A stretch of DNA of 64,000 nucleotides from Verrucomicrobiota bacterium (lineage in GTDB: Bacteria; Verrucomicrobiota; Kiritimatiellia; RFP12; UBA1067): the NCBI GenBank assembly GCA_023269675.1, contig JAHFSX010000003.1:255018-319017 (forward strand), in the 5' to 3' direction. Of this stretch, positions 55,568 to 64,000 are shown piece by piece. A model generated the notes under the pieces. It was not told the origin of the DNA. It was given only the letters and a program-made list of their open reading frames with translations, and made no database searches. How positions within the stretch are numbered: position 1 is the first letter of the stretch; every line of letters begins with the position of its first letter. Position numbers and translations under genes: made by a program.

Positions 55568-58500
55568 ATGTTTCACCTGTTCCGTTGCATGGCCGTCCTG
55601 TCGGCGCTCTTGTGTGCGTCCGCGGTCCGCGCGTTCGATGGGCCGAGCGATATGCAAGGGAACGTCAGCTTGAGCATCGAAGGCGTGTCGGAAAAAGCCG
55701 GCACCGACAAACCGCTCGCTTTCACGCTGCGCCTTAAGAACGGCAGTAGCCAGACGGTGCAAGGCACCGTCGATGCCTGGATGAATGAAGACTGGCAGGT
55801 GGCCGGGCCCCACGCCTTCGAGGTTTGCGTCGGCCCCGGAAAAACCTGGCAGGCCGCCTGCTCCGCCACCGCGCGCGACCGCGTGCTGTCGGCACTCTAT
55901 CCCGTCCACGCGCGCTTGGCCTTCGCGCGCGATGCGGCGCGTGTCGGCCCGCACCCGATCGCGATCTTCTCCGCCGTCCGTCCCGATTCGCCGGCCGCGG
56001 CCCTTCCCTGCCAGGATGCGCCCCTGAAGCCGGGCGTCTGGCGGTTGGCCGGGCTCACGCCGTGCGCGACGGCCTGGGCGCGCGGCGGGCGCACGTTTCC
56101 GCTGCCCCCCGGCTTCAACGGCTCGGACCCCGAGAGCGGCGCCACCCTGTTCCGCGAGGACGTCGCGCGCGGCGGCGTCCCGCGCCGCAGCATCGGCATC
56201 CACCCGCCGTGGAAAGGCGGCCACGGCACGCTCTGGACGGAGTTCCGTCTGACGCTGCCCGCCGCGGCGCCGATTCTTCTCCGGTTCCATACCGCGGTCC
56301 GCGACGTGCGCCCGGACGAGCGCGCCAGCGACGGCGTGGAGTTCAAGGTGCTCGTGCAAGCCGCGGACCGCGCCGCAAAGGAGCTGTTCACCCGTTTCAG
56401 CGCCGCCACGACGTGGCAGCCCGGTGAAGCGGACCTCTCCGCCTACGCGGGCCAGACCGTGACCCTGCGCCTCTGGAACGGCCCCGGTCCCAAGAACGAC
56501 ACCACCTGCGACAATGGCTTCTGGGGCGACCCGGAACTGAGGATCGGCGTGGTGAAGCCGCCGGTGAGCGAGACCGTCTGGGCCGCCCGCACAGAGGCGG
56601 CCTTGGGGCTGGCCCGCGACGCCGCGATCCGCCAGCCCGACACGCCGGACGCCTTCCGGCTGACGGGCAACCGGGAAACCTATGGCGCGGCCGTTGTGTC
56701 CGGCGAGGAGGGGCTGACCGACGGCGTCATCGCCTTCTCCGACGGACTGCGCGACGTGGCCTTCCGCGGTTTCGCGGTGGAGGTCGACGGCCAGCCGGTC
56801 GGCGGCGCTGGCGACGGACAGCCCGTGCTGAGCGTCGGGACGGCGACCGAGGGCGGCGCGCGGGTGGTCACGCACCAAGTGGGAAGGGCGGACAACGGGC
56901 AAAAGATAGGGTTGCGTGCGAAAATACGCGTCGACCGCGGCGTTCTGTGCATCGCATGGGACATGCCGGAGGTGACGCGTGACGCGCGCGGCACGCCGCG
57001 CTTCACCCGGCTGGCCCTCGGGCCCGCGACCCGCCAGCCGGCTCGCATCTATCTGGGGTTCGGCGCGGTATTTGAAGGGCCCGGCGCGTTCACGCTGCCT
57101 TTCGGCGGCGTCCAGCTCGGCACGCGCCACGTCGGCGCGGACTATGCGGACGGCCTCAGCCTGGTGCAGGCGACCGACCTGCTCCCCGACCGGGTGGTCT
57201 GCGCGCCGGAACGCGGGCTCTTCTCGCTGGAGACGCCCCATGACGCCGGCTTCATGTTCGCCCCCTCCGCGCACGGCGCTTACGCGGCGGCGCGCGCTTA
57301 CCGCGCGGTGTGCGGCTTCAGGCGCTCGCCCGGCGTGGACGGACTGCTGGGCCGCGTCTGCCTTGACCAGTGGGGCGGGGACTACCGCGCCGCGGCGAAA
57401 GACCTCGACCGCGCCGCGAAGTACGGCGTCAATCACGCGGTCTTCGTCAAACACGACTGGCAGCGGTGGGGCTATGACTACCGCCTGCCTGAGATCTATC
57501 CGCCGGCGGGCGGGCTCGAACCGTTCCGCGAGATGCGGGCGGCGGCACAGCGGGCGGGCATGCTTTTCGCCCCGCACGACAACTACATCGACTTCTATCC
57601 CGATGCCGAGGGCTTCAGCTACGACACGGTCGCGTTTAACGCCGACGGCACGCCCCATAAGGCTTGGTATCATCCGGGCCGCGACGCGCAGAGCTACCGC
57701 TGGCGGCCCGACGCCTTCACGCCGTGGCTCACCGCCAACATGCGGCAGATGCGTGCCGGGTTTCATCCCGACAGCCTCTTCATCGACGTCTTCGCCTCAG
57801 TTGCCCCCTTCGATTACTACGACCGCGGCGGTCAGTTCCACACCCGCGCGGAGACCGTCAAGGGTTGGCGTGCCGCGTTCGATACCAGCCGTCGCCTGCT
57901 CGGTCATGACGCGGCCATGCTCAGCGAGTCCGGCCACGATGCGCTGATCGGCTCGGTCGACGGCGTGCAGGCCGACCACTGGCGGCCCGAGCTCTGGCTG
58001 AGGGACTATAAGGACGCCGACCGCACGCCGTGGCACGACATGGTGACCCATGGCAAGATGGTGCTCTTCGCGGGCGGGCTGGGCAACCGCTATGATGCGG
58101 ACCCGAAACACGGCTACGGCAGCGACGACTATCTTTCCAATACCGTGCTGGGCGGGCGCGGCCCGATGTGCGACGGCCCCTTCTCGCGCCGCGCGGTGAT
58201 GACCTACTGGCTGCTCCACGATGTCTGTGACGCGCTGGCGCATGCCGAGATGGAGACGCATGCGTTCGGCGCGACGGTGCGCCAGCAGCACACGACCTTC
58301 GGCAAGGGCGGGCAGGTGTGGGCCAACCGCGGCTCCAATCTGTGGTCCGTGGCGGACAGGGAGTTGCCCGCCTATGGATTCTACGTCAAGACCCGTGACG
58401 CCGAGGCGGGCGTGGGTCTGCTCAGCGGCCACCGCGCGGGCTTCGCGAAAACAGAGGGCGCGTTCTTCGCGGACGCGCGGCCGCGGCCTGACCCGGAGAC

Positions 58501-59215
58501 CGACTGCCGCGTCGAGACGCGCGTCGTTTCCGCCGCGCGTCTTGGGCCGCGCGCCTTCCGCTTGACCGTCGAGTGGAACGTGCTCGCGCCGCTGGGGCCG
58601 GGCTATGTGCCGTTCGTCCATATCGGGAGGCCTTCCCAAGATGCGAACGAGTGCATCGAGGCGCAGGCCGGGATGGATTTCGACCTTGCGCGGCTGGCCC
58701 GGCCCGGCACGTTCCGGGCGACAGCGGATGTGCGCCTCCCGCCGGAGTTCGCCCCCGGCGATTATCACGTGCGTTACGGCCTGTTCCGCCAAAAGGGCGG
58801 CGACCGCGCGCCGCTGCGCGGGCGCGAAGAGCAGCGCCGGCGCATCTGTGCGGGGCTCCTGCGGATCACAGCGACCGGCGACGAGTATCTCACCGAAGAG
58901 CCGCTCGCGGACAATCCGGACCTCAACGTGGCGGGCGCGATGCTCGACTTCGGCCCGCTGGTCACCGATGGCGCGTTCCGTCTGCAGCACGACAGCCGCA
59001 AGGCGTGGCAGCTCGTCCCCCTGCCCGCGAGCCGTCCGTTCCGCGCCGAGATCCGGCTCGCGTCGTTCTGCAAGGGGAGAGCGAAGGTCAAGGCCGTCGA
59101 GAAGCTTGACCCGCTCAACGCCGCCGCGAAAGAGCCGGAGTGGACGCAGGACGGCGAGGTGTTGCGCCTCGGGTGCGACGGCCAGTCCTTCGGCTACCGC
59201 ATCGTTTTTGAATAG
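55568..59215 (+). CDS. large secreted multidomain protein (1216 aa): Ig-like N-domain, NPCBM-like carbohydrate-binding domain, unassigned putative glycoside-hydrolase-like region; paralog A
   Basis: Signal peptide MFHLFRCMAVLSALLCASAVRA; NPCBM-like block SDGVEFKVLV...YAGQTVTLRLWNGPGPKNDTTCDNGFWGDP; conserved acidic/His motifs (DSLFIDVF, PHDNYIDFYPD, WHDMVTHGKM); about 55% identical to the next gene. Confidence 0.6.
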   Translation: MFHLFRCMAVLSALLCASAVRAFDGPSDMQGNVSLSIEGVSEKAGTDKPLAFTLRLKNGSSQTVQGTVDAWMNEDWQVAGPHAFEVCVGPGKTWQAACSATARDRVLSALYPVHARLAFARDAARVGPHPIAIFSAVRPDSPAAALPCQDAPLKPGVWRLAGLTPCATAWARGGRTFPLPPGFNGSDPESGATLFREDVARGGVPRRSIGIHPPWKGGHGTLWTEFRLTLPAAAPILLRFHTAVRDVRPDERASDGVEFKVLVQAADRAAKELFTRFSAATTWQPGEADLSAYAGQTVTLRLWNGPGPKNDTTCDNGFWGDPELRIGVVKPPVSETVWAARTEAALGLARDAAIRQPDTPDAFRLTGNRETYGAAVVSGEEGLTDGVIAFSDGLRDVAFRGFAVEVDGQPVGGAGDGQPVLSVGTATEGGARVVTHQVGRADNGQKIGLRAKIRVDRGVLCIAWDMPEVTRDARGTPRFTRLALGPATRQPARIYLGFGAVFEGPGAFTLPFGGVQLGTRHVGADYADGLSLVQATDLLPDRVVCAPERGLFSLETPHDAGFMFAPSAHGAYAAARAYRAVCGFRRSPGVDGLLGRVCLDQWGGDYRAAAKDLDRAAKYGVNHAVFVKHDWQRWGYDYRLPEIYPPAGGLEPFREMRAAAQRAGMLFAPHDNYIDFYPDAEGFSYDTVAFNADGTPHKAWYHPGRDAQSYRWRPDAFTPWLTANMRQMRAGFHPDSLFIDVFASVAPFDYYDRGGQFHTRAETVKGWRAAFDTSRRLLGHDAAMLSESGHDALIGSVDGVQADHWRPELWLRDYKDADRTPWHDMVTHGKMVLFAGGLGNRYDADPKHGYGSDDYLSNTVLGGRGPMCDGPFSRRAVMTYWLLHDVCDALAHAEMETHAFGATVRQQHTTFGKGGQVWANRGSNLWSVADRELPAYGFYVKTRDAEAGVGLLSGHRAGFAKTEGAFFADARPRPDPETDCRVETRVVSAARLGPRAFRLTVEWNVLAPLGPGYVPFVHIGRPSQDANECIEAQAGMDFDLARLARPGTFRATADVRLPPEFAPGDYHVRYGLFRQKGGDRAPLRGREEQRRRICAGLLRITATGDEYLTEEPLADNPDLNVAGAMLDFGPLVTDGAFRLQHDSRKAWQLVPLPASRPFRAEIRLASFCKGRAKVKAVEKLDPLNAAAKEPEWTQDGEVLRLGCDGQSFGYRIVFE

Positions 59216-59324
59216 GCAGGCTCAACCATTAACGTGTAACCACCAACGTCTTCTCTCTTTCTCCTTGGTGTCTTCGTGCCTTTGTGTTTCAATGAAAACC
59301 CATTGTAATTAAAGGGGAGTCTCT

Positions 59325-62300
59325 ATGCAGCAATGTCTCAGGAAGGTCGTGATGTTCGCCGCGCTGTCATGCGCCGGCGTCGGTTTCGGATTCAATCCGC
59401 CGACGGATAAGCAGGAGGGTGTTACGCTGAGCATCGAGAGCTTCCCGGAAGAGGCCGGGATGGACCGCTCGGCCGTCCGGAAAGTCGCGGCCGACCAACC
59501 GCTCGCCTTTACGGTGACGCTCAAGAATGAGAGCGCGAAGCCCGTCGCGGGCACGGTCAGCCTGTGGCTCAACGACGACTGGCAGATGGTCAGCACCAAC
59601 GCGGTCGCTCTCGCGGCCGAGCCCGGCAAGAGCGTCACGGTCACCTGCTCCGCCCGGGCGCGTGACTCGGTGCTGAGCGCGCTCTATCCTGTGCACGCCA
59701 AGCTCGCGCTCGTGGTGGACGGCAAGCCGCTTGAACTCCGCCCCGTGGCGATCTTCGAGGCTGTGAAGCCCGCGGCCGCGAAAGCCGCTGCCGCGGTGAC
59801 GGAGACCGTGCTCGCCGACGGCGTGGTGCGCCTCGATAGCGGCGCCGTCCGACAGGTGTTCGTCCTACAGAAGGAGAAGGTCACGGAACTGGGCGTGAAT
59901 TTCTCCGGCGCGGACGCGGCGAGCGGCACGCACATGAGCCGCGACACGAACACGCGCGGCGGTCTGTCGCGCGCGGGGTTCACGATCCATCCGGCTTACC
60001 GCGGCGGGCCGGGCGTCACTTGGAACGAATTTAAGCTGGCATTGCCCGCCGGGAAGCCCGCCGCGCTGAAGTTCTTTACCGCGCTGCGCGACAGCAGCGC
60101 CACCGAGCCCGCGAGCGACGGCACCGAGTTCAAAGTCATTGTCATCGGGGCGGACAAGGCGGAGAAGGAAGTGTTCACGCGCTTCAGCGACAGCAAGGCG
60201 TGGGAGCCCGCCGCCGTGGACCTCGGCGCGTACGCGGGGCAGCACATCACCTTGCGCCTGTGGACCGGACCGGGACCCAAGAACAACACGACCTGTGACC
60301 AGTGCTTCTGGGGCGACCCCGTGATCACCGTCGGCACGCTGCCCGCGCTCCCGACCGAGGCGCAGTGGCTGGCGCGCGAGCAGGACGCGGTCGCCCGCGC
60401 CAAGCTGGCGATGACGAAAAAGCCCAAACGCGGCACCGGCGTCTTCCGCTTGGACGTCGGCGGCCAGCGCTTCGGCGCGGCGGTGGTGCTGGGCGCGCAG
60501 GGGCTCACCGACGGCGTGATCGCCTTCACCGACGGCGCGCGCGTGCTGACCTACCGCGGCTTCGCCTGCGACATCGACAAGGCTGCGGTCGGCGGCGTCG
60601 AGAACGGCCAGCCCGTGCTCAGCGTCGCGACCGCGGCCGAGGGCGGCGCGTGGATTGTGACGCATCTCGTGTCGCGGCCGGAGGGCACCGTGCCGGTGCG
60701 GGCGAGCATCCGCGCCGACGGCGGCGCGCTGCGCATCGCGTGGGACATGCCGGGCGTCACGCGCGACGCGCGCGGCACCCCCCGCTACACGCGGCTGGGG
60801 ATCGGCGCCGGGAGCGAGCCGGTCTGGCGCGCCTACGCGGGCTTCGGCAACGTCATCGAGAAGCCGGGCGCGTTCGACCTGCACGGCGGGGGATTCATCC
60901 TCAGCACGCGGCACATCGGCGCGGACTATACCAACGGGCTCAGCCTGGTGCAGGCCTGCGACATCTTTCCCGACCGCCTGACGCACGCGCCCGCGACGCA
61001 GCGCTTTGCGCTTGAAACTTCGCACGACGCGGGCTTCCTGTTCATTCCCTCCGCCCAGGGCGCGTTCGCGGCCGCGCGGGCGTACCGCGACCTGAGCGGC
61101 TTCAAGAAAGGCCCCGGCGTGGCCGCGCTGCAGGGCCGCATGTGCCTCGACCAGTGGTCGGGCGACTATCTCGCCGCGGCGGCCGACCTGAAAGAGGCGG
61201 CCAAGTACGGCGTGACCGACGCGATCTTCGTGAAGCACGTCTGGCAGCGCTGGGGTTACGACTACCGACTGCCGGACATCTACCCGCCGGCGGGCGGGCT
61301 CGAGCCGTTCCTCGCCATGCGCGCGGCGGCGGAGCAGGCGGGCATGCTTTTCTGCCCGCACGACAACTACATCGACTTCTATCCCGACGCCGAGGGGTAC
61401 AGCTACGACCGGATCGTCTTCACCGAGGACGGGCGTCCCATGAAGGCCTGGTTCAACAAGGGCCGCGCCGCGCTGAGCTACCGCTGGCTGCCGCACGGGT
61501 TCCGTCCCTCGCTCGAGAGCAACATGCGGCAGATGCACGACGGCTTCGGGCCCGACAGCCTCTTCATCGACGTCTTCACCGCGATCTCGCCCTTCGATTA
61601 CTATGACCGCGCCGGGACCTACTATCCCCGTATGCGGACGGCCCAGGAGTGGCGCGGCGCATTCGACACCTGCCGCAAGATGCTCAAGAAGGGCGCGCCC
61701 ATGCTCAGCGAGGCCGGCACCGACGCCCTGATCGGCTCGCTCGACGGCGGCGAGGCGGACCACTTTCCGGCTGCGCGCTGGCTGAAGGAGTTCGGCGACG
61801 CCGAACGCACGCCGTGGCACGACATGGCCACGCACGGCAAGATGGTGCTGCTCGCGGGCGGTTTGGGGCCGCGCTACAGCGCCTTCGACTGGGATGACAA
61901 TGCGGGCAAGCCGCTGCACGGCTATGCCAGCGACGACTATCTCTCCAACACCGTGATGGGCGGACGCAACCCCATGTGCGACGGCCCCTTCTCGCGCCGC
62001 GCGGTGATGACCTACTGGCTGCTGCACGACGCGTGCGCCGTACTGGCCCGCGAGGAGTTCGAGACGCACAGGTTCGGCGCGAGCGTGAAGCAGCAGCACA
62101 CGACCTTCAGCGGCGGCGGCCAGGTCTGGGTGAACCGCGGCTCCAACGCGGTCTGGACGGTGGCGGGCAACAGGCTGCTGCCGGAGTACGGGTTTTATGT
62201 CGCGACGCCCGCGGCGCAGGCCGGCGTGGTGCTGATCGCAGGGCAGCGCGCGGGCTTCGCGAAGTCCGAGGAGAGCTACTTCGCGGACGCGCGGCCTGTG

Positions 62301-63056
62301 CACAACCCGCTGAGCAAATTGCGGGTCGAGTCCTCCACCGCGGACGGGAAGTATCTCGGCGGCGGCGCGTTCGAGGTCACCTTTAACTGGAACGTGCTGG
62401 ACCCCGCCTTCGACGGGTATGTGCCTTTTATCCACGTCTGCGCCGACAAGGGCACCAAGGACAAAGGTGAACACATCGCGTTTCAGACGGACATGCGGGT
62501 CGACCGCACGCTGTTCAAGCGGCCGGGCCGCTTCACCGCGACCGCGCGCATTACGGTGCCGCCGCATCTGCCCGCCGGCGAGTACAAGATCCGGTACGGG
62601 CTTTACAACTCGGCCAAGGGCGACCGGATGTCGATCCGCGGGCTGACCGACGGCGGCCAGCGCATTCTGGGCGGCGTCATGAAGGTCGACAAGAGCGGCG
62701 ACGCCTTCACCGGGGGCTCCTTCGCGCGGGAGACGTCACCCACCGACGAGAAGGCGCTGGGCTTGAACGTCGAGAACAAGATGCTCGATTTCGGCCCGCT
62801 CGTCACGGACGGCGCGTTCCGCCTGCTCCACGCCGACCGCAAGGCGTGGCAGCTGGTCCCGCTGCCCGGCAGCAACGCGTTCCGCGCGGAGATCAAGCTG
62901 GCGGAGTTCGGCGCCAAGCGCGCGAAGATCAAGGCGGTCGAGAGGGTCGACCCGCTCAACGCCGCTGCGAAAGATGCGGAGTGGACGCAGGACGGGACCA
63001 CGCTGCGCCTCGCCTGCGACGGACAGTCCTTCGCCTACCGGCTGCTGTTCGATTAA
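59325..63056 (+). CDS. large secreted multidomain protein (1243 aa), paralog B of the preceding gene
   Basis: AAAGGGGAG SD; signal peptide; same domain order and motifs (DGTEFKVIVIG...YAGQHITLRLWTGPGPKNNTTCDQCFWGDP; DSLFIDVF; WHDMATHGKM). Confidence 0.6.
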   Translation: MQQCLRKVVMFAALSCAGVGFGFNPPTDKQEGVTLSIESFPEEAGMDRSAVRKVAADQPLAFTVTLKNESAKPVAGTVSLWLNDDWQMVSTNAVALAAEPGKSVTVTCSARARDSVLSALYPVHAKLALVVDGKPLELRPVAIFEAVKPAAAKAAAAVTETVLADGVVRLDSGAVRQVFVLQKEKVTELGVNFSGADAASGTHMSRDTNTRGGLSRAGFTIHPAYRGGPGVTWNEFKLALPAGKPAALKFFTALRDSSATEPASDGTEFKVIVIGADKAEKEVFTRFSDSKAWEPAAVDLGAYAGQHITLRLWTGPGPKNNTTCDQCFWGDPVITVGTLPALPTEAQWLAREQDAVARAKLAMTKKPKRGTGVFRLDVGGQRFGAAVVLGAQGLTDGVIAFTDGARVLTYRGFACDIDKAAVGGVENGQPVLSVATAAEGGAWIVTHLVSRPEGTVPVRASIRADGGALRIAWDMPGVTRDARGTPRYTRLGIGAGSEPVWRAYAGFGNVIEKPGAFDLHGGGFILSTRHIGADYTNGLSLVQACDIFPDRLTHAPATQRFALETSHDAGFLFIPSAQGAFAAARAYRDLSGFKKGPGVAALQGRMCLDQWSGDYLAAAADLKEAAKYGVTDAIFVKHVWQRWGYDYRLPDIYPPAGGLEPFLAMRAAAEQAGMLFCPHDNYIDFYPDAEGYSYDRIVFTEDGRPMKAWFNKGRAALSYRWLPHGFRPSLESNMRQMHDGFGPDSLFIDVFTAISPFDYYDRAGTYYPRMRTAQEWRGAFDTCRKMLKKGAPMLSEAGTDALIGSLDGGEADHFPAARWLKEFGDAERTPWHDMATHGKMVLLAGGLGPRYSAFDWDDNAGKPLHGYASDDYLSNTVMGGRNPMCDGPFSRRAVMTYWLLHDACAVLAREEFETHRFGASVKQQHTTFSGGGQVWVNRGSNAVWTVAGNRLLPEYGFYVATPAAQAGVVLIAGQRAGFAKSEESYFADARPVHNPLSKLRVESSTADGKYLGGGAFEVTFNWNVLDPAFDGYVPFIHVCADKGTKDKGEHIAFQTDMRVDRTLFKRPGRFTATARITVPPHLPAGEYKIRYGLYNSAKGDRMSIRGLTDGGQRILGGVMKVDKSGDAFTGGSFARETSPTDEKALGLNVENKMLDFGPLVTDGAFRLLHADRKAWQLVPLPGSNAFRAEIKLAEFGAKRAKIKAVERVDPLNAAAKDAEWTQDGTTLRLACDGQSFAYRLLFD

Positions 63057-63074
63057 ATCGAGAGCGCCTCATGC

Positions 63075-63118
63075 TTACCGATCAGGGCCATACGCCGGGC
63101 AGTTTGCTCGCATATGGC
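63075..63118 (+). terminator. rho-independent terminator (GGGCCATA-20 nt loop-TATGGCCC then TTTTCTGTT)
   Basis: 8-bp perfect stem 19 nt after the stop of paralog B, followed by a T-rich run. Confidence 0.6.
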
Positions 63119-63226
63119 CCTTTTCTGTTCCCGCCTATCCCTTAATTCAGTTGCACGGATATGCGTACGGTGCTATCGTTTCCCGATAGTAAAGTTTGTA
63201 TTCCTTGCATGGATAGGAGATGAAGT

Positions 63227-64000
63227 ATGAGGCTGTCGACCGTCGTTACCGTGGTGCGCATACCTTTATTAGCGGCCTTTTTGACCGTTCTGTCAACCGC
63301 CGCGTTTGGCGATTCGCCGGTTCTCCGCTGGAATGGCCCCGCCGCAGGTACGAACCTCTGGGACGCCGCTGCTGTCACCTGGCTCGACGCGGGCGACGCC
63401 GCCGTGGCGTGGCAGCCCGGCGCCGAGGCGCGCTTCGAAGGCGCGGGCGGCATCGTGAACGTGGCCGCCGACGTCGCCGTTTCGAACATCACCTTCACCG
63501 GCAACGGCTACGCGCTGCTCGGCGCTGGCCGTCTCGCCGTCGAAGGCGCGGTCTCCGCCGCCGCAGGCACCACCAACAGCATCGCAGCCGAAATCATCAC
63601 GAGCGTCGGCATCAGCAAGACCGGCGCGGGCGCGCTGGCCGTCAGCCGCTGCACCGGGCCGCTGACCGCAGCGGAAGGCACGCTGCTGGTCTCGGGCTCG
63701 TTGTTTACGGATGCCGATCTCGCAGTGGCCAGCGGCGCGTCGGTGGTCACCTTCGGCGACCCCGCTGCCGCGTCCAACCTGATCCTCAACCCGGGTTTCG
63801 AACTGCCCGCGATGACGAGCGGCTCGTTCAACTACGTCGGCGGCGGAAACGTCATCTCCAACTGGACGGCCATCGCCCTGGCCAACAACGTCGGCCGCCA
63901 GAACACGGCCACCGCCAGCCAGTGGAACTCGGCGGGGGCCTCGCCGGACGGCACGCACATGCTGATCCTGCAGTACAGCGGCACGCTCGCCCAGACGGTC
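63227..64000 (+). CDS. 5' part of another secreted PATR-type (autotransporter-associated beta-strand repeat) protein, continues past window end
   Basis: AGGAGA SD; MRLSTVVTVVRIPLLAAFLTVLSTAAFG signal peptide; LRWNGPAAGTNLWDAAAVTW...FTGNGYALLGAGRLAVEG PATR-like units; no stop before 64000; not in the ORF track for that reason. Confidence 0.6.
   Translation, partial: MRLSTVVTVVRIPLLAAFLTVLSTAAFGDSPVLRWNGPAAGTNLWDAAAVTWLDAGDAAVAWQPGAEARFEGAGGIVNVAADVAVSNITFTGNGYALLGAGRLAVEGAVSAAAGTTNSIAAEIITSVGISKTGAGALAVSRCTGPLTAAEGTLLVSGSLFTDADLAVASGASVVTFGDPAAASNLILNPGFELPAMTSGSFNYVGGGNVISNWTAIALANNVGRQNTATASQWNSAGASPDGTHMLILQYSGTLAQTV

Noticed and set aside
55438-57766. Upstream 776 codons of the 981-aa minus-strand ORF that ends as pgsA
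   Set aside because: Only the last roughly 205 codons (from MDDKAKRLF) form a CDP-alcohol phosphatidyltransferase; the remainder is antisense to giant paralog A and lacks any signal.
59865-62567. 900-aa ORF antisense to giant paralog B
   Set aside because: Same antisense-artefact composition; the sense gene has a signal peptide, SD and a paralog.

Overview
This is about 64 kb of high-GC (roughly 65-68%) chromosomal DNA from a diderm bacterium. The gene content fits the PVC superphylum (Verrucomicrobiota, Lentisphaerota or Kiritimatiellota) better than anything else, but this is inference from family content, not a search. Reading left to right: (i) the 3' end of a CDS truncated at the window edge, a prenyltransferase/terpene-cyclase-repeat protein and an orphan very-short-patch repair endonuclease (vsr). 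(ii) An 18-kb array (2001-20126) of five same-strand giant (1036-1465 aa) secreted proteins built from autotransporter-associated beta-strand (PATR) repeats. They have mosaic conserved N- and C-terminal modules, and each is followed by a GC-rich hairpin. (iii) A housekeeping block: yjbQ, rsmA, surA, trmH, an AEC transporter, degP, lpxD-skp-bamA and a tatD-like gene. It also carries a MITE-like insertion with a target-site duplication and two families of REP-like palindromic elements. (iv) A nitrosative-stress-type module: Rrf2 regulator, 4Fe-4S ferredoxin and hybrid-cluster protein (hcp). Just upstream is an odd small secreted protein made of 11 hexapeptide repeats. (v) A glycan-utilisation-like region: a PQQ beta-propeller protein, GH127, GH2, a XylR-type AraC regulator, an SGNH esterase, a LamG lectin-like protein, a HAD nucleotidase, RbsD/FucU and a TRAP transporter dctPQM. 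The TRAP operon has a classic inter-cistronic hairpin. pgsA follows. (vi) Two tandem paralogous ~1,240-aa secreted proteins with an NPCBM-like carbohydrate-binding domain and a large unassigned (putatively glycoside-hydrolase-like) region. They share a conserved leader motif. The 5' end of another PATR protein then runs off the window. No rRNA, tRNA, CRISPR or transposase genes were recognised. Many long ORFs in the six-frame track are antisense artefacts of high-GC coding DNA and are rejected. The findings I consider most worth follow-up are the PATR multigene array with recombination-prone shared termini, the tandem NPCBM giant proteins of unknown family, the hexapeptide-repeat protein, and the repeat and MITE elements.
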